Source of the DNA: Macrostomum lignano
Lineage: Eukaryota
Direction: 5' to 3'
Assembly: GCA_002269645.1 (NCBI GenBank)
Contig: NIVC01001685.1
Coordinates: 62,001 to 126,000 of the forward strand
DNA length: 64,000 bases
Below are positions 49,301 to 62,790 of the stretch, in pieces; positions within the stretch are counted from its first letter, which is position 1, and the number at the start of each line of letters is the position of its first letter. The notes beneath the pieces were generated by a model. It ran no database searches. It worked only from the letters and a program-made list of their open reading frames with translations, and was not told where the DNA came from. A program made the position numbers and the translations under genes.

Positions 49301-50426
49301 AATCAGTAGTGATAAACTGACAGATTATGAGAGTCAGTGCTGATAAACTGACAGATTTTGAGAGTCAGTGCTGATAAACTGACATATTTTGAGAGTCAGT
49401 CAGTGCTGATAAACTGACATATTTTGAGAGTCAGTGCTGATAAACTGACATATTTTGAGAATCAGTGCTGATAAACTGACAGATTTTGGGAGTCAGTCAG
49501 TGCTGATAAACTGACAGATTATGGGAGTCAGTGCTGATAAACTGACAGATTTTGAGAGTCAGTGCTGATAAACTGACAGATTTTGGGAGTCAGTCAGTGC
49601 TGATAAACTGACATATTTTGAGAGTCAGTGCTGATAAACTGACATATTTTGAGAGTCAGTGCTGATAAACTGACATATTTTGAGAGTCAGTGCTGATAAA
49701 CTGACATATTTTGAGAGTCAGTGCTGATAAACTGACAGATTTTGGGAGTCAGTCAGTGCTGATAAACTGACAGATCATGGGAGTCAGTGCTGATAAACTG
49801 ACAGATTTTGGGAGTCAGTCAGTACTAATAAACTGACAGATTATGGGAGTCAGTGCTGATAAACTGACAGATTTGAGAGTCAGTACTAATAGACTGACAA
49901 ACTTTGAGAGTCAGTGATGATAGATTTCTAATCATCCAAACGTACTGATAGAAATATTTATTTTATTGCAAGTCATATCTAGCATAATCATAAATCATAT
50001 CTCACGCATCCATTTCCCTCCTCAACTTCACCCACCGCAGCCCTGGGCGCCGCCTATGGCACCGCTAAGTCTGGCACAGGCATTGCCAACATGGCGGTGC
50101 TCCGGCCCGAGCTGATCATGAAATCCGTGGTACCGGTGGTCATGGCTGGTATCATTGCTATTTATGGCTTGGTAGTTGCTGTGCTCATCTCGCAGAATAT
50201 GACGCCAGACTACACGGTTGAGAAGTCGCTGCGTCATCTCGGCGCCGGTCTGGCTGTCGGACTGAGCGGCCTGGCCTCAGGCTATGCTATTGGCATTGTT
50301 GGAGATGCCGGAGTTCGCGGTACCGCCCAGCAGCCGCGCCTGTTTGTTGGCATGATCCTCATCCTGATCTTCGCCGAGGTGCTGGGTCTCTACGGTTTCA
50401 TTGTTGCGCTGATTTTGTCGGTGTAA
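46394..50426 (+). CDS. ATP6V0C: V-type proton ATPase 16 kDa proteolipid subunit c, 152 aa
   Basis: Exons 46394-46466 ([24 protein letters not shown]) and 50041-50426 ([12 protein letters not shown]...[21 protein letters not shown]), phase 1 match, conserved TM4 Glu. Confidence 0.95.
48940..49915. repeat. 31-bp satellite GAGAGTCAGTGCTGATAAACTGACAGATTTT with internal palindrome (intronic)
   Basis: About 31 copies; GTCAGT...ACTGAC inverted pair in each unit. Confidence 0.95.
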
Positions 50427-51734
50427 AAATATTTAAAAACTAATAAAACACAGGACATCAAAAATGAGGAATCGGTCAGTCGGGTTTCGAGGATTTTGAG
50501 TTAACATTGTGTTGTGTAACTGTAATATTAAATATATATGAAATACTGCTTTGTTATTAAAAACATTTGTGTTAGATCAAGGCGGTTTATATATATTATA
50601 CAGATAATATCTAATGATTGTATTAGAATTCACCTATCCAAAAGTGTTGTTATAAGAACTTGTTATCAATATCATAAAATCTAGTGTAATTGTTGTTGTT
50701 GTGGATTTTTTATTTCAATTCAATAAATTCTAGGTGTAGACGTTAGTCAGTTGGTTTTGTGTGTGTTTGAACAAACAATTTCTATGCATAATCACTCTTT
50801 TCCTCTCTGCTCGGTCTCTCTCCCAGTGTGTTATTGTTTGAATTAAGTCTTTATTTATTCCGATATTATCAATATGTTTACTAGTAGTAGTAGTAGTAGT
50901 AGTACTCATAGTACTTAAAAAATGGATTCACTCTTAAATTTCCAACTTTTATTTTCTTTCATTCCAAATAATTATTTATTACGGATTAATTAAAAAATGT
51001 CAGTTTTAAATGCCTGTGTTTAATATGTGGCTTTATTAATTAATTTAATTAAATATGTACTTCACTGACTATATCTGTGTTGTCTTACAATGCCATTATA
51101 AATCATCAGTTTAATTATATATATATTGTGATTGCTCCGTTTGCATTATTCAATTGAAAAATCAAATAGTTTAAAAAGAAAATAGAATTGAAACCTTAAA
51201 TATAAGAATTGAACTTTAGTCGAATTTTGGTTGCAACTGGCTTATCTATCTTTAATCAGCTAGCGAGAATGTATGACGTGTGCGCTTGCTAACCATTTGG
51301 TCACACTGTGCGCGGCGGTGGCAGTTGGTAGAATTATATAGAATATATCGTGTTTAACACAGCGCTGGCTAACCACTTCGGGTGTTGAATTGTGCTTTTG
51401 GAAACCGAGGTTAAACGTTAAAAGATTTATTTGTATATCTTTCACCTGCTGTTGTTATATTAGCGTCAACTGTTGAATTCTGTAGTTTGATAAAACCGTT
51501 TTAATGTTAATTTATGCATACCTACAACGTTTATTGAAATTATATTGTGAACAAATTTAATATATTAAAGCTTGTGTTCGTTTAAATAGTCATTAAAATT
51601 GCTTCTAAAATTACTAAAAGTTATGCTGTCTTTTAGTTTTTTGTTCTTTTGATTCCGTTTCTAATATTAGGAGTAGGAATGGGTAAAAATTGAATCTTAA
51701 TTTGGCAGAGGTTGGTTCGTCACCCTCAATGTCA

Positions 51735-52670
51735 TCTTATCACCTTCATGTACTCTTAGGACAGGGTCATCTTATCACCCTCGTGTACTCTGACAGGTCA
51801 TCTTATCACCCTCGTGTACTCTGACAGGGTCATCTTATCACCCTCGTGTACTCTGACAGGATCATCTTATCACCCTCGTGTACTCTGACAGGATCATCTT
51901 ATCACCCTCGTGTACTCTGACAGGGTCATCTAATCACCCTCGTGTACTCTGACAGGGTCATCTTATCACCCTCGTGTACTCTGACAGGATCATCTTATCA
52001 CCCTCGTGTACTCTGGACAGGATCATCTTATCACCTTCGTGTACTCTTAGGACAGGATCATCTTATCACCCTCGTGTACTCTGACAGGATCATCTTATCA
52101 CCCTCGTGTACTCTGACAGGATCATCTTATCACCCTCGTGTACTCTGACAGGATCATCTTATCACCTCGTGTACTCTGACAGGATCATCTTATCACCCTC
52201 GTGTACTCTGACAGGGTCATCTAATCACCCTCGTGTACTCTTAGGACAGGATCACCTTATCACCTTCGTGTACTCTTAGGACAGGGTCATCTTATCACCC
52301 TCATGTACTCTCTGACAGGATCATCTTATCACCCTCATGTACTCTTAGGACAGGATCATCTTATCACCCTCGTGTACTCTGACAGGATCATCTTATCACC
52401 CTCGTGTACTCTGACAGGGTCATCTAATCACCCTCGTGTACTCTTAGGACAGGATCACCTTATCACCTTCGTGTACTCTTAGGACAGGGTCATCTTATCA
52501 CCCTCATGTACTCTCTGACAGGATCATCTTATCACCCTCGTGTACTCTTAGGACAGGATCACCTTATCACCTTCGTGTACTCTTAGGACAGGGTCATCTT
52601 ATCACCCTCGTGTACTCTTAGGACAGGATCATCTTATCACCCTCGTGTACACTTCTGATAGGGTCACCTA
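51735..52670. repeat. 32-bp satellite CAGGATCATCTTATCACCCTCGTGTACTCTGA
   Basis: About 28 copies with small indels. Confidence 0.95.
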
Positions 52671-52838
52671 GTCATTCTTTCTGTTCTTTTATTATTGTCT
52701 AGTTTGTCCGTGATTTTTCCGTATTTTTCAAGAAAATCATTAGCTAACACATTTAAAGCATTGTATTTCTCACAGAGCAAGTCTTCTTGTGCTCTAAAAA
52801 TCATAGTTCATATTTAACCGATTCATGCTGAGCAGAGA

Positions 52839-53217
52839 ATGTCAGCGCAGCTTCAAAGGCTCTGGTCTCAGCTGGCACCGCAGTCCCGGCAACTGTCTGC
52901 TCTGCTAACCTGCATTCGCGGCAACGCACATCGCGCCAGTTTAGCGCCAATCCGTCGGCGCCACTTTCCGCGCCAATACCCGGGCGTGCTGCTGCTGCAA
53001 CCAGACGGATCAACAATTCGCCTCAGGTACACGGAGCCGCGTTGCGTCCTGCACATGCCAGTTGATATCAGCACCTTCGGCAGCGGTTCGAGCTAAAAAA
53101 TTGGCCGGTAGACAGCCGAAAATTGCTGTGAGACGGGTTGAAGAATTTGAGGACACTTTTGACGCCGACGAGCTGCTTAATGAAGCGGAGATGGCTAAAC
53201 CTGGACGCTTTAAATAA
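52839..53217 (+). CDS. MRPL55: Mitochondrial ribosomal protein L55 (bL31m) with an apparent frameshift at about 53076
   Basis: RASLAPIRRRHFPRQYPGVLLLQPDGSTIRLRYTEPRCVLHMPVDIST matches the MRPL55 core. The expected tail SAAVRAKKLAGRQPK...EEFEDTFDADELL follows in a shifted frame to the stop at 53215-53217. Confidence 0.82.
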
Positions 53218-53850
53218 GAGTTTTTATGACTGACACGATAGCTAGTTTATTCATGAAGGGTTAACAGTCCACTTCGATAACAAGTGATGGCAGTGGATGC
53301 TGCACAGCATCTTCTATACCTGCTCATAACATGAGCTACCAGTTTCAGTCAATGTTCGTGTTTTTTGGTTTCAATCGGTTTATTACGTCAATTTAAACAA
53401 CTGCATCTTTCATGATTCAGAAATTTGTCTGCATTTATCGATCCAAATAGTTTAAACGACGTATAATACAATTTAACTAGATAACAGCCGCACCTTCAAT
53501 TAATTAATAACAACTTAATGAAAGTCCATTTCCTTGAACTCACAATTGTCGTAAAATAAACTTGCTTTGTTACCGAAGTGGATTGTATCCTTGATGAAGT
53601 AGTGCCGATTTCTAAACCCCCTGCATTCAGTACTTTTATAAGTAGTAGTAGTTGGTTTACATAAATATACGTGCTTATTGAAATAATTTATCTGTTCTTA
53701 AAAAATGAACTCAAAAACACGGTTAAATCAGCTTTCGATGTCATGCTCATCTATTTGTTAATATTGTGCAATTTATTATTAGTGTACTAAAAGTTTCAGG
53801 GAGTTAAAAATATTTGCAAGAGTCAAACTAGTCTTCAAATCATAAATTGA

Positions 53851-55213
53851 TCAATTCCAATACTCTCCCGCGCACACTGTCTCGGTACGAGTCGTGACCA
53901 CCATCCGGTGACGCGAGTGACTTCTTCCACTACTCCGTCTGGGCGTACTCGAGTGGTCTTCTGGATGGTTCTCGGTTGGCTTGATGTTCTCATGTTGTTG
54001 GCTGCTAAATTTGTCGGGTTGATGAAGCTTTACTGCAGTCTCCCACCAGGCGGTTGTCGGGGCTTGATCGTCTTCGCTGTCTCGGCTCTGGCAGCCAGGC
54101 ATGTTTTCGAAGCTGTTGAAGAAATCGAAGTATTCCCGGTAGACTTCGTAGGCGTCGCGAAAAGTTGAAATTGCCGCAGCTCTGGCGAAGATTTTCGCGC
54201 ATTTTATTGATGAACTCGTTGGCTGTAGTGGCGTCGTTCGGTGCGCACAAAAGTTCTTGTTGTACTCTTGGTGGTCTTGAAGCTGTAGTGAGTTGCCGCG
54301 CCGGAGGAGTTGGCGAAATGGTCGGGCAGTTTGAATCCTTGCTGTGGTGGCTTGAAGCATTCTTGTACATGTTGCTGCTTCTGCTGCTGTTCTTGCTGTT
54401 TCTTCTGTTGTTTCTTTCGCTCTTTCAAGGTCTCGTCGTGTTGCCTGCGTCCTACCGGGTCTGACAGCACCTGAAGGCTTCGCTAATTAGCTTGAACCGG
54501 TCCTCGGCTTCGGCTTTTGATTCCGCCGGGTGCTTGTCTGGGGCCACCTGAGCCATCGATCATTGGTTTACATGTAGGATGGGTTTTAAGTACATGTACG
54601 AGCGTAGGCTTCGATTTGGGTTCGTTCATGAACGTTCACCTGTGAACTCGCTCGTTGACTCATGAACTCATTCATTCACTCGTGAAACCATTTCATTCAC
54701 ACGTAAACTCGCTCATTCGCCCGTGAAAGAATTCACCCTTGAACTCTCACCTATGAGCTCTGCACTCATTTACCTGTTGAAGTTACTCATTCATCCTTGA
54801 ACTCACTCATGAACTCTTGAACAATTAATACACCCGTGAACACATTCACTGTAAACTTATTCACCCGTAAACTCATTTACCTGTTAACTCGCTGATTCAC
54901 CTCTAAACACACTCTCATTTACCTGTGAAGTCACTCAATGACTCATTCTTCCTTGAACTCGCCAAACTCGTTTGTGAACCACGACCAATCACTAATAGTG
55001 CCCACGAATCACAGATTCAGTCGCGGAATCGTGAACTCGCTCATAAACACTCCTTCGTGAACGGACTCACTAGCCAATCACTCAGCACCAATAAAAATTT
55101 TAATCAAAATTATTTGAACACTTAATTACCTTAGCGCCATTTGCGATAAGCCTTGCTCACGTCGCCCCAGCTTGCGTCAGATGACAACCAAGTATTTCGT
55201 AGTAGTCGGTCAT
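53851..55213 (-). pseudogene. DNAJB6/B2-like J-domain gene with multiple 1-nt frameshifts (pseudogene or assembly errors)
   Basis: Exon 55213-55130: MTDYYEILG/LSSDASWGDVSKAYRK/(M)ALR. Exon from 54547: W/(H)PDKHPAESKAEAEDRFKLISEAF/(Q)VLSDPVGRRQHD, later TFRDAYEVYREYF (compare DNAJB6 FRNPDDVFREFF). At least four single-base deletions are needed to restore the J domain. Confidence 0.72.
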
Positions 55214-56161
55214 ATTGTGAATTGGGCTGCAACGTGTCTCTTTCACAGTGAAGCAAGCAGTCGTTGTGAAGTAGTGACTGGAATTGCTCATCTCCCTTTT
55301 TATGCTGAATTGGGCAATTTTAATGTGTGTACATCGATTGCTGAAATTTGATTGGCTGATCGGGTCCCTCTTATCAAGTTTAACTTGCTAAATAGCTATT
55401 TCGTCTACTAAGATACCGCGCTTTGCTATTAAGTGTACATGTGTTAAATCTCAGCACTTCAGTACACTGGTCAGCTCAACCTCACCCCCTTCATGCCTGC
55501 CTGCACTGATTCCGATTGGCTCTTAAGTCTCAACTTTCAATTAAGGGTTTGTTCAAAGTTGTTGGGGTGATTATTTTATGGTGCCAAAGCTGGTACTTGC
55601 ATGTTTTTTTATCTATAATAATAATTAGGTTACAAAATGCCTAAGAGAGAAATGCGTATAATATATATCGCCCTGCTCTACTACCTGACATACGTAACAG
55701 AGTAATCGTTTTTAAGGTTAGCTGAGGCGCGCGTATGTTCAAGGCCTGTTTTTGCATGGCTCTGTCTTTGTTCACTCACTTATACAGCTAGCTAATTGAC
55801 CTCAAGGTTTGTGGCATTTGATTTGATGGCTCATTGATGGCAGTGTGAACGAGACTGTTTTCACTTAATCACTTACTAGCTATTAATATCACTCACTCAT
55901 TCACTCATTCATTCACTCACTCATTCACTCACTCATTGGCTATCTCACTCTCACATGTACTCATATAACATATCCTTATTAGTGCATGCTTGGATGCAGA
56001 CCATAGACAAACATATAATTGGCTGTTTCAACTGTGGTCATGAATTTTTTTTATTAATTTCTGTCTAAACTTCTTTATTTTAAAATCGCTATAGCTTCTT
56101 TACTAATGCGTGTATTATCTCAGTAAATTATCACGGTCTTATACAAGAAACTATACCAATA

Positions 56162-59120
56162 ATGATGAACCCTAGGCGACCCACCGTGACCAGGGTGTCG
56201 CAACCGAAGCTATTCCTGCCAACCTCCGTTGCGGTGACTACTCCGAAGCAACCGTCTCATCAAAGTAAAAGAAAGACCGTCATCTCAGACGCACCTGGAC
56301 CGACTGACTCTTCATGTCTACTAGAAGAGGATTATGTAGTAACTAACAAAGATCCCGAGCTAGATGTGATCAGCGATGCGTCATTGAGAACAGTTCGATG
56401 CGCATCGGATCGAGTGTCCAGTGACACCCTGCGGGGTCTGGTCTCCGCGAAAGCCGCTTCAGGCGAGGCCTCTTCTGCTGGTGAAAAACTGCTGGTGCAG
56501 CAGAGCCTGTGGCTGCAGCAGTGGAGCTCTAAACTCAAATTGAACTCTAAGGACTGCGACCAACGACAGAGACCGGCTGAGCAGGAGAAAGGTGAGATCG
56601 CGACCTGCTGGGTAGGTTGGATAGGGAATGGGGTAGGTTGGATAGGGTAGGTTGGATAGGAAATGGGGTAGATTAGATAGGAAATGGGGTAGATTTGATA
56701 GGAAATGGGGTAGATTTGATAGGAAATGGGGTAGATTTGATAGGAAATGGGGTAGATTGGATAGGAAATGGGGTAGATTTGATAGGAAATGGGGTAGATT
56801 AGATAGGAAATGGGGTAGATTTGATAGGAAATGGGGTAGATTAGATAGGAAATGGGATAGATTTGATAGGAAATGGGGTAGATTTGATATTAACTGGGGT
56901 AGATTTGATAGGAAATGGGGTAGATTTGATAGGAAATGGGGTAGATTTGATAGGAAATGGGGTAGATTAGATAGGAAATGGGGTAGATTTGATAGGAAAT
57001 GGGGTAGATTAGATAGGAAATGGGATAGATTTGATAGGAAATGGGGTAGATTTGATATTAACTGGGGTAGATTTGATAGGAAATGGGGTAGATTTGATAT
57101 TAACTGGGGTAGATTTGATAGGAAATGGGGTAGATTTGATAGAAAATGGGGTAGATTTGATAGGAAATGGGGTAGATTTGATAGGAAATGGGGTAGATTG
57201 GATAGGAAATGGGGTAGATTTGATAGGAAATGGGGTAGATTAGATAGGAAATGGGGTAGATTTGATAGGAAATGGGGTAGATTAGATAGGAAATGGGATA
57301 GATTTGATAGGAAATGGGGTAGATTTGATATTAACTGGGGTAGATTTGATAGGAAATGGGGTAGATTTGATATTAACTGGGGTAGATTTGATAGGAAATG
57401 GGGTAGATTTGATAGAAAATGGGGTAGATTTGATAGGAAATGGGGTAGATTTGAAAGAAAATGGGGTAGATTAGATAGGAAATGGGGTAGATTTGATAGG
57501 GAATGGGGAAGATTAGATAGGAAATGGGGTAGATTTGATAGGAAATGGGGTAGTAGATTGAATAGGAAATGGGGTAGATTTGATATTAAATGGGGTAGGT
57601 TGAAATTCCGAAACTGCAGATTTGGTATTTTAAAAAGTTCCAAAATTCCACAATTCCTTCTTTAACTCAACAAAATTTACATGTACATCCCCATTTGCAG
57701 ATATTCCAATTCAGAAGTCGTTAAATAACTATAGTAAGTTTTTGCAACAATACACGAGCAGTTATATAATTTGCCTCCATTTTAAAAAGCGTATCTACAC
57801 ATGGCTAAGACCATCAATCTCTTTAACTCCATCCAAACAGCAAAGCGCTCAGTCCACAACCGCAAGCAGCAGCAGCAGCCACTGAGCGAGTCAGAGAGCC
57901 CGAAGCAGCATCGCGACAGCAGCCACCAGGCCGCCGACAGCACCGCGGCAGCCGCCTCTGCAGCAGCCTCTGTCGAGCAGCTGAATTTGAGTTGCCCCAG
58001 TCGGACAGAATATGACCTGAGCTTACTGCTGCAGGCTCTGTTCGGTCACGTGTACGGCTCAGACAGCCAGCGGGTGTTGGGCAGCAGCTCGCGTCTGGTG
58101 GAAGCCGCAGGTGCCAACTGTGACAGCGCAGACTCCGCCGAGCTGATGCTGCCGGCGCCGCCTGCGGTGCTGCTTGATCGACTGGACGATTCCTTGTCGG
58201 AGTTCTTAACTTTAACCTGCGGCGATGCCAGTCAGACACTGCTGACAGAGCTGTGCAGGCAGATCCAGGGTCAGCCGCCTAAGCTTGCGGATTCCCCAAA
58301 GACCAGCGCCACCGGTGATAAATCGAACAATAAAGATCGAGCCTCATCGTTGAGACTGAAAAAAGGCCAATCCAGCATGTCAGCGGTTGGCAGCGAGCAG
58401 GACCAGACTCTGGCAGCCACGGCGTTGCAGCTTCCGCCGCCCGACAGTCAGTTTTCCGCCATCATGGAAGCCATTCCGCCATCCGATCGGCTGGGGAAGA
58501 AAGTCGACGAACAGAAGACAAACGCCGGCGACACGACGGCACTGTCGATTGGTAGCACTAAAAATGAAATCGTGACAGTTGAGTCCAAAGTCGAGCTGGA
58601 CGTGGGTGACTGCGCAAAACCCGACCAGGCCACCAGCTTGGGTCGGTCCTCCAACCGGTCGAATCTGTCAGCCAGTAACGTGAAAAGTCGCAACCGAGTA
58701 GCCCGCAGGCAGCACTGGCAAGACTCGCCAACGCTCTGCGATCCGTCGTTGTCTGTCGTTAACGACAGCAGCAGGTTCGCGTACCTGCGCACCCCCGAAC
58801 CGAGCGTTCAGCCGGCTTGCAACTCCGACGGCAATAATGATGATGCGGCTTCCAGCTTCACGGCCGCTATGGTTGAATGGGACGATCAGAAGCGTCGGGC
58901 CTACAACAGCAGCAGCCAGAGGAGGAGGCGATCCGGCAGCAGAGGCCGCGACAAAAAATCCGCTCGTCGCGACGAGGGCGTCAAGCGACGAGACGCCGAC
59001 GGTAAATCCGGCAGGCGCCAACAATCGACGAAAAGTAAGCAAAGGCGAACTGCAGATTCTAAAAAGAAGAAGAATAAGCGCTCGAATTCCAGACAGTCGC
59101 GATCAGCCAGACGTCATTGA
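56162..59120 (+). CDS. Uncharacterised Ser/Arg-rich, largely disordered protein, about 569 aa
   Basis: Exons 56162-56591 and 57841-59120 join in phase 1 (1710 nt). GC-rich and coding-like relative to flanks; basic C-terminus; no family recognised. Confidence 0.6.
56610..57600. repeat. 21-bp minisatellite TTGATAGGAAATGGGGTAGAT (intronic)
   Basis: About 46 copies; source of the DRKWGRF and LSNLPHF ORFs. Confidence 0.95.
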
Positions 59121-60041
59121 TTTTTATTTTATCGTAATGCTCCAAAAGTAAACAAGCATGCCAATCATTGCAGCACTTACTTTAATACTATATAGTTAAT
59201 AGAAGCATGTTACGTGTACGTCGTAATTTTTTTAATGTTAAGAGTTTTTGCTTTGCATTTCATAATATAATTTTGCAACTATTATTGCTGCATACTATAA
59301 GTAAATGAACAAAGCTGTTGCACTTTTTTAATTATTGCTTTTTTGAATGTAAAGTGAATAAAGTAACTTTTTCTTCTAAAAATCTGTGATTTTTATCACT
59401 ACTTAAAAAGAAGTATGCGCGTGCGAGTACGATACTATTAAAATATATATAAATACGAGCGTATGCTCTTATAACATGAAACGAAATTTAATCGCTGTAA
59501 TATTAGTTACTTAATTTCAATGAGATTCCGTTTTAACTTTTAACATGTCGCGATTGATATTTCAAGAAGAATTCAAAATTAGTTAACAATTTTCATACAA
59601 TAACTTCTTGGTTTGAATTTTTAGATTTTACAAAATTCTATATACTTCTTTTCTTGAATTTATAAGTTTCAAAATGATAAGAAATTCAACAAAAATACGT
59701 AATTTAACCAAGGTGGTTGAAACAAACAGGTGACAAATTAATGTACGATCGTAATAAATTTACATTTGTTATGTACTGATTTTTAATTATAAACTTAATT
59801 TATACTTTGAATTACATCAGGTAAAGTTAACCTATAGTTTTTTGGTAGTCAAGCTTTTCATTTTTGTTTTAACGAGTTACATTTACCGCGCCCTCTATAT
59901 TCAAAATATAACCATTGGTTTTTTTACCAGAAAACCAAAGCATGTCAATATGATAGAATATTAAGATAATAGCCACTGTTTTAACTATTGCCTTCAGAAT
60001 AAATTATTACTTTATTGTCTAATGACGTTTTCGAAGTACCC

Positions 60042-60845
60042 ATGAAAGCATTGCAAATTTCTCTGCTGCTCGTAGCAATTCAAATTCAACTGACAGGATA
60101 CGGACTGTCTCAGGCAAATGCGCAGACTACTCTTTCGTCTGTAAAGGTAAGTTTTAATGATTTTTCACTGAAAAATATTTAATAAATTCTTTTAAAAGTT
60201 TTAATAAATGTAAAGTAAATGGCGTCTTTTTGTTTTGTGTAAAAAATTTATATGAAAAGTTGATCTTAAGGTTATTTAGTTTAAATACATCACAAATCAG
60301 CTGTGTTCTAATCAATTTTATAAAAAAATTAAATAATTGGAACTATTGAACTATGGAATTATTAACATCACTAACAAACATGTAAAATTATTTAAATAAA
60401 AGTATTAGTTTTTTTATTAAATCATGGCTTGGTTTTACAAGCCCACATTTTTTCGTTTAGATAAAATTTTCGCATTCAAACAATTAAATTTATTTCTTTT
60501 TTGAAACGATGTTTTTTGTAATAAATAAGATTTAAATTTGATTTTTGTTAATCTGCTTCGTAAAGGGCAGCGGCAGCGGCTCAGGCGCCTGGCCTCTTGA
60601 CGACGAGGACCTCGGCCGCGGACGGGCCAGCGGCGACGGACAGCCATCGGGAGCCTCGGTGCCGCCCTCATCGTCTCCTGTTGGACCGTCCAGCTCGCCT
60701 GCCTCTCCAGCCGTTGGCACCGGGGTCGCAGTGACCCGCATCGCTCTGCCAACTCTGCCAACCGATCTGGTGCAACCGGGATTTGACAGCACCAGCAGGT
60801 CCGCGACTACTGCTGTAACTGTAACAAGTTCGACTCGGACTGACT
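60042..60845 (+). CDS. Syndecan-like secreted/membrane proteoglycan, first two coding exons; 3' exons not identified
   Basis: Exon 60042-60146 is a signal peptide (MKALQISLLLVAIQIQLTGYGLSQANA); phase-0 join to exon 60566-60845 GSGSGSGAWPLDDEDLG followed by a Ser/Thr/Pro-rich spacer. Confidence 0.5.
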
Positions 60846-60949
60846 GTGAGTTGCTTTGGTATCGGGCAGCTGTGACTGCTTTGTATTTGGCTTATTTATG
60901 TCATTATGGCCTGCATATCCTTGCCTTGCCGTTCCCTAACTGTCCTTTA

Positions 60950-62790
60950 CTGCCTGTCTCTCTATGCCTGTCTACTTCCTGTACTTCCTGTGCCTGTCTC
61001 CCTATGCCTGTATCTCTATGCCTGTCTCTCTATGTCTGTCTCTCTATGCCTGTCTCTCTATGCCTGTCTCTCTATGCCTGTCTCTCTATGCCTGTCTCTC
61101 TCTATGCCTGTCTCTCTATGCCTGTCTCTCTCTATGCCTGTCTCTCTATGCCTGTCTCTCTATGCCTGTCTCTCTATGCCTGTCTCTCTCTATGCCTGTC
61201 TCTCTATGCCTGTCTCCCTATGTCTGTCTCCCTATGCCTGTCTCTCTATACCTGTCTCTGTTTGCCTGTCTCTCTATGCCTGTCTCTCTATGCCTGCCTC
61301 TCTATACCTGTTTCTGTTTGCCTGTCTCTCTATGCCTGTCTCTCTATGCCTGTCTCTCTATGCCTGTCTCTATATGCCTGTCTCTCTATGCCTGTCTCTA
61401 TATGCCTGTCTCTCTATACCTGTCTCTGTTTGCCTGTCTCTCTATGCCTGTCTCCATTTGCCTGTCTCTCTATGCCTGTCTCCCTATGCCTGTCTCTATA
61501 TGCCTGTCTCTATATGCCTGTCTCCTTATGCCTGTCTCTATATGTTTGTCTCTCTATGCCTGTCTCTCTATGCCTGTCTCCCTATGTCTGTCTCCCTATG
61601 CCTGTCTCTCTATACCTGTCTCTGTTTGCCTGTCTCTCTATGCCTGTCTCTATATGCCTGTCTCTCTATACCTGTCTCTGTTTGCCTGTCTCTCTATGCC
61701 TGTCTCTATATGCCTGTCTCTCTATACCTGTCTCTGTTTGCCTGTCTCTCTATGCCTGTCTCTATATGCCTGTCTCTCTATACCTGTCTCTGTTTGCCTG
61801 TCTCTCTATGCCTGTCTCTATATGCCTGTCTCTCTATGCCTGTCTCCCTATGCCTGTCTCCCTATGCCTGTCTCTCTATGCCTGTCTCTCTATGCCTGTC
61901 TCTATATGCCTGTCTCTCTATGCCTGTCTCTCTATGCCTGTCTCTCTATGCCTGTCTCCCTATGTCTGTCTCCCTATGCCTGTCTCTCTATACCTGTCTC
62001 TGTTTGCCTGTCTCCTTATGCCTGTCTCTATATGTTTGTCTCTCTATGCCTGTCTCTCTATGCCTGTCTCCCTATGTCTGTCTCCCTATGCCTGTCTCTA
62101 TATGCCTGTCTCTCTATGCCTGTCTCCCTATGTCTGTCTCCCTATGCCTGTCTCTCTATACCTGTCTCTGTTTGCCTGTCTCCTTATGCCTGTCTCTATA
62201 TGTTTGTCTCTCTATTCCTGTCTCTCTATGCCTGTCTCCCTATGTCTGTCTCCCTATGCCTGTCTCTATATGCCTGTCTCTCTATGCCTGTCTCTCTATG
62301 CCTGTCTCTCTATGCCTGTCTCCCTATGCCTGTCTCTCTATACCTGTCTCTGTTTGCCTGTCTCTCTATGCCTGTCTCTCTATGCCTGTCTCTCTATACC
62401 TGTCTCTGTTTGCCTGTCTCTCTATGCCTGTCTCTCTATGCCTGTCTCTCTATGCCTGTCTCTCTATGCCTGTCTCTCTATGCCTGTCTCCCTATGTCTG
62501 TCTCCCTATGCCTGTCTCTCTATACCTGTCTCTCTATGCCTGTCTCTCTATGCCTGTCTCTCTATCCCTGTCTCTCTATGCCTGTCTCTCTACGCCTGTC
62601 TCTCTCTATGTCTGTCTCTCTATGCCTGTCTCTCTATGTTTGTCTCTCTATGCCTGTCTCTCTATGCCTGTCTCCTTATGCCTGTCTCTATATGTTTGTC
62701 TCTCTATGCCTGTCTCTCTATGCCTGTCTCCCTATGCCTGTCTCTATATGCCTGTCTCTATATGCCTGTCTCTCTATGCCTGTCTATCTT
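60950..62790. repeat. 14-bp minisatellite CCTGTCTCTCTATG
   Basis: About 130 imperfect copies; source of the 632-768 aa CLSLYA ORFs. Confidence 0.97.

Noticed and set aside
56459-57665. DRKWGRF / LSNLPHF heptad-repeat proteins
   Set aside because: A 21-bp intronic minisatellite open on both strands.
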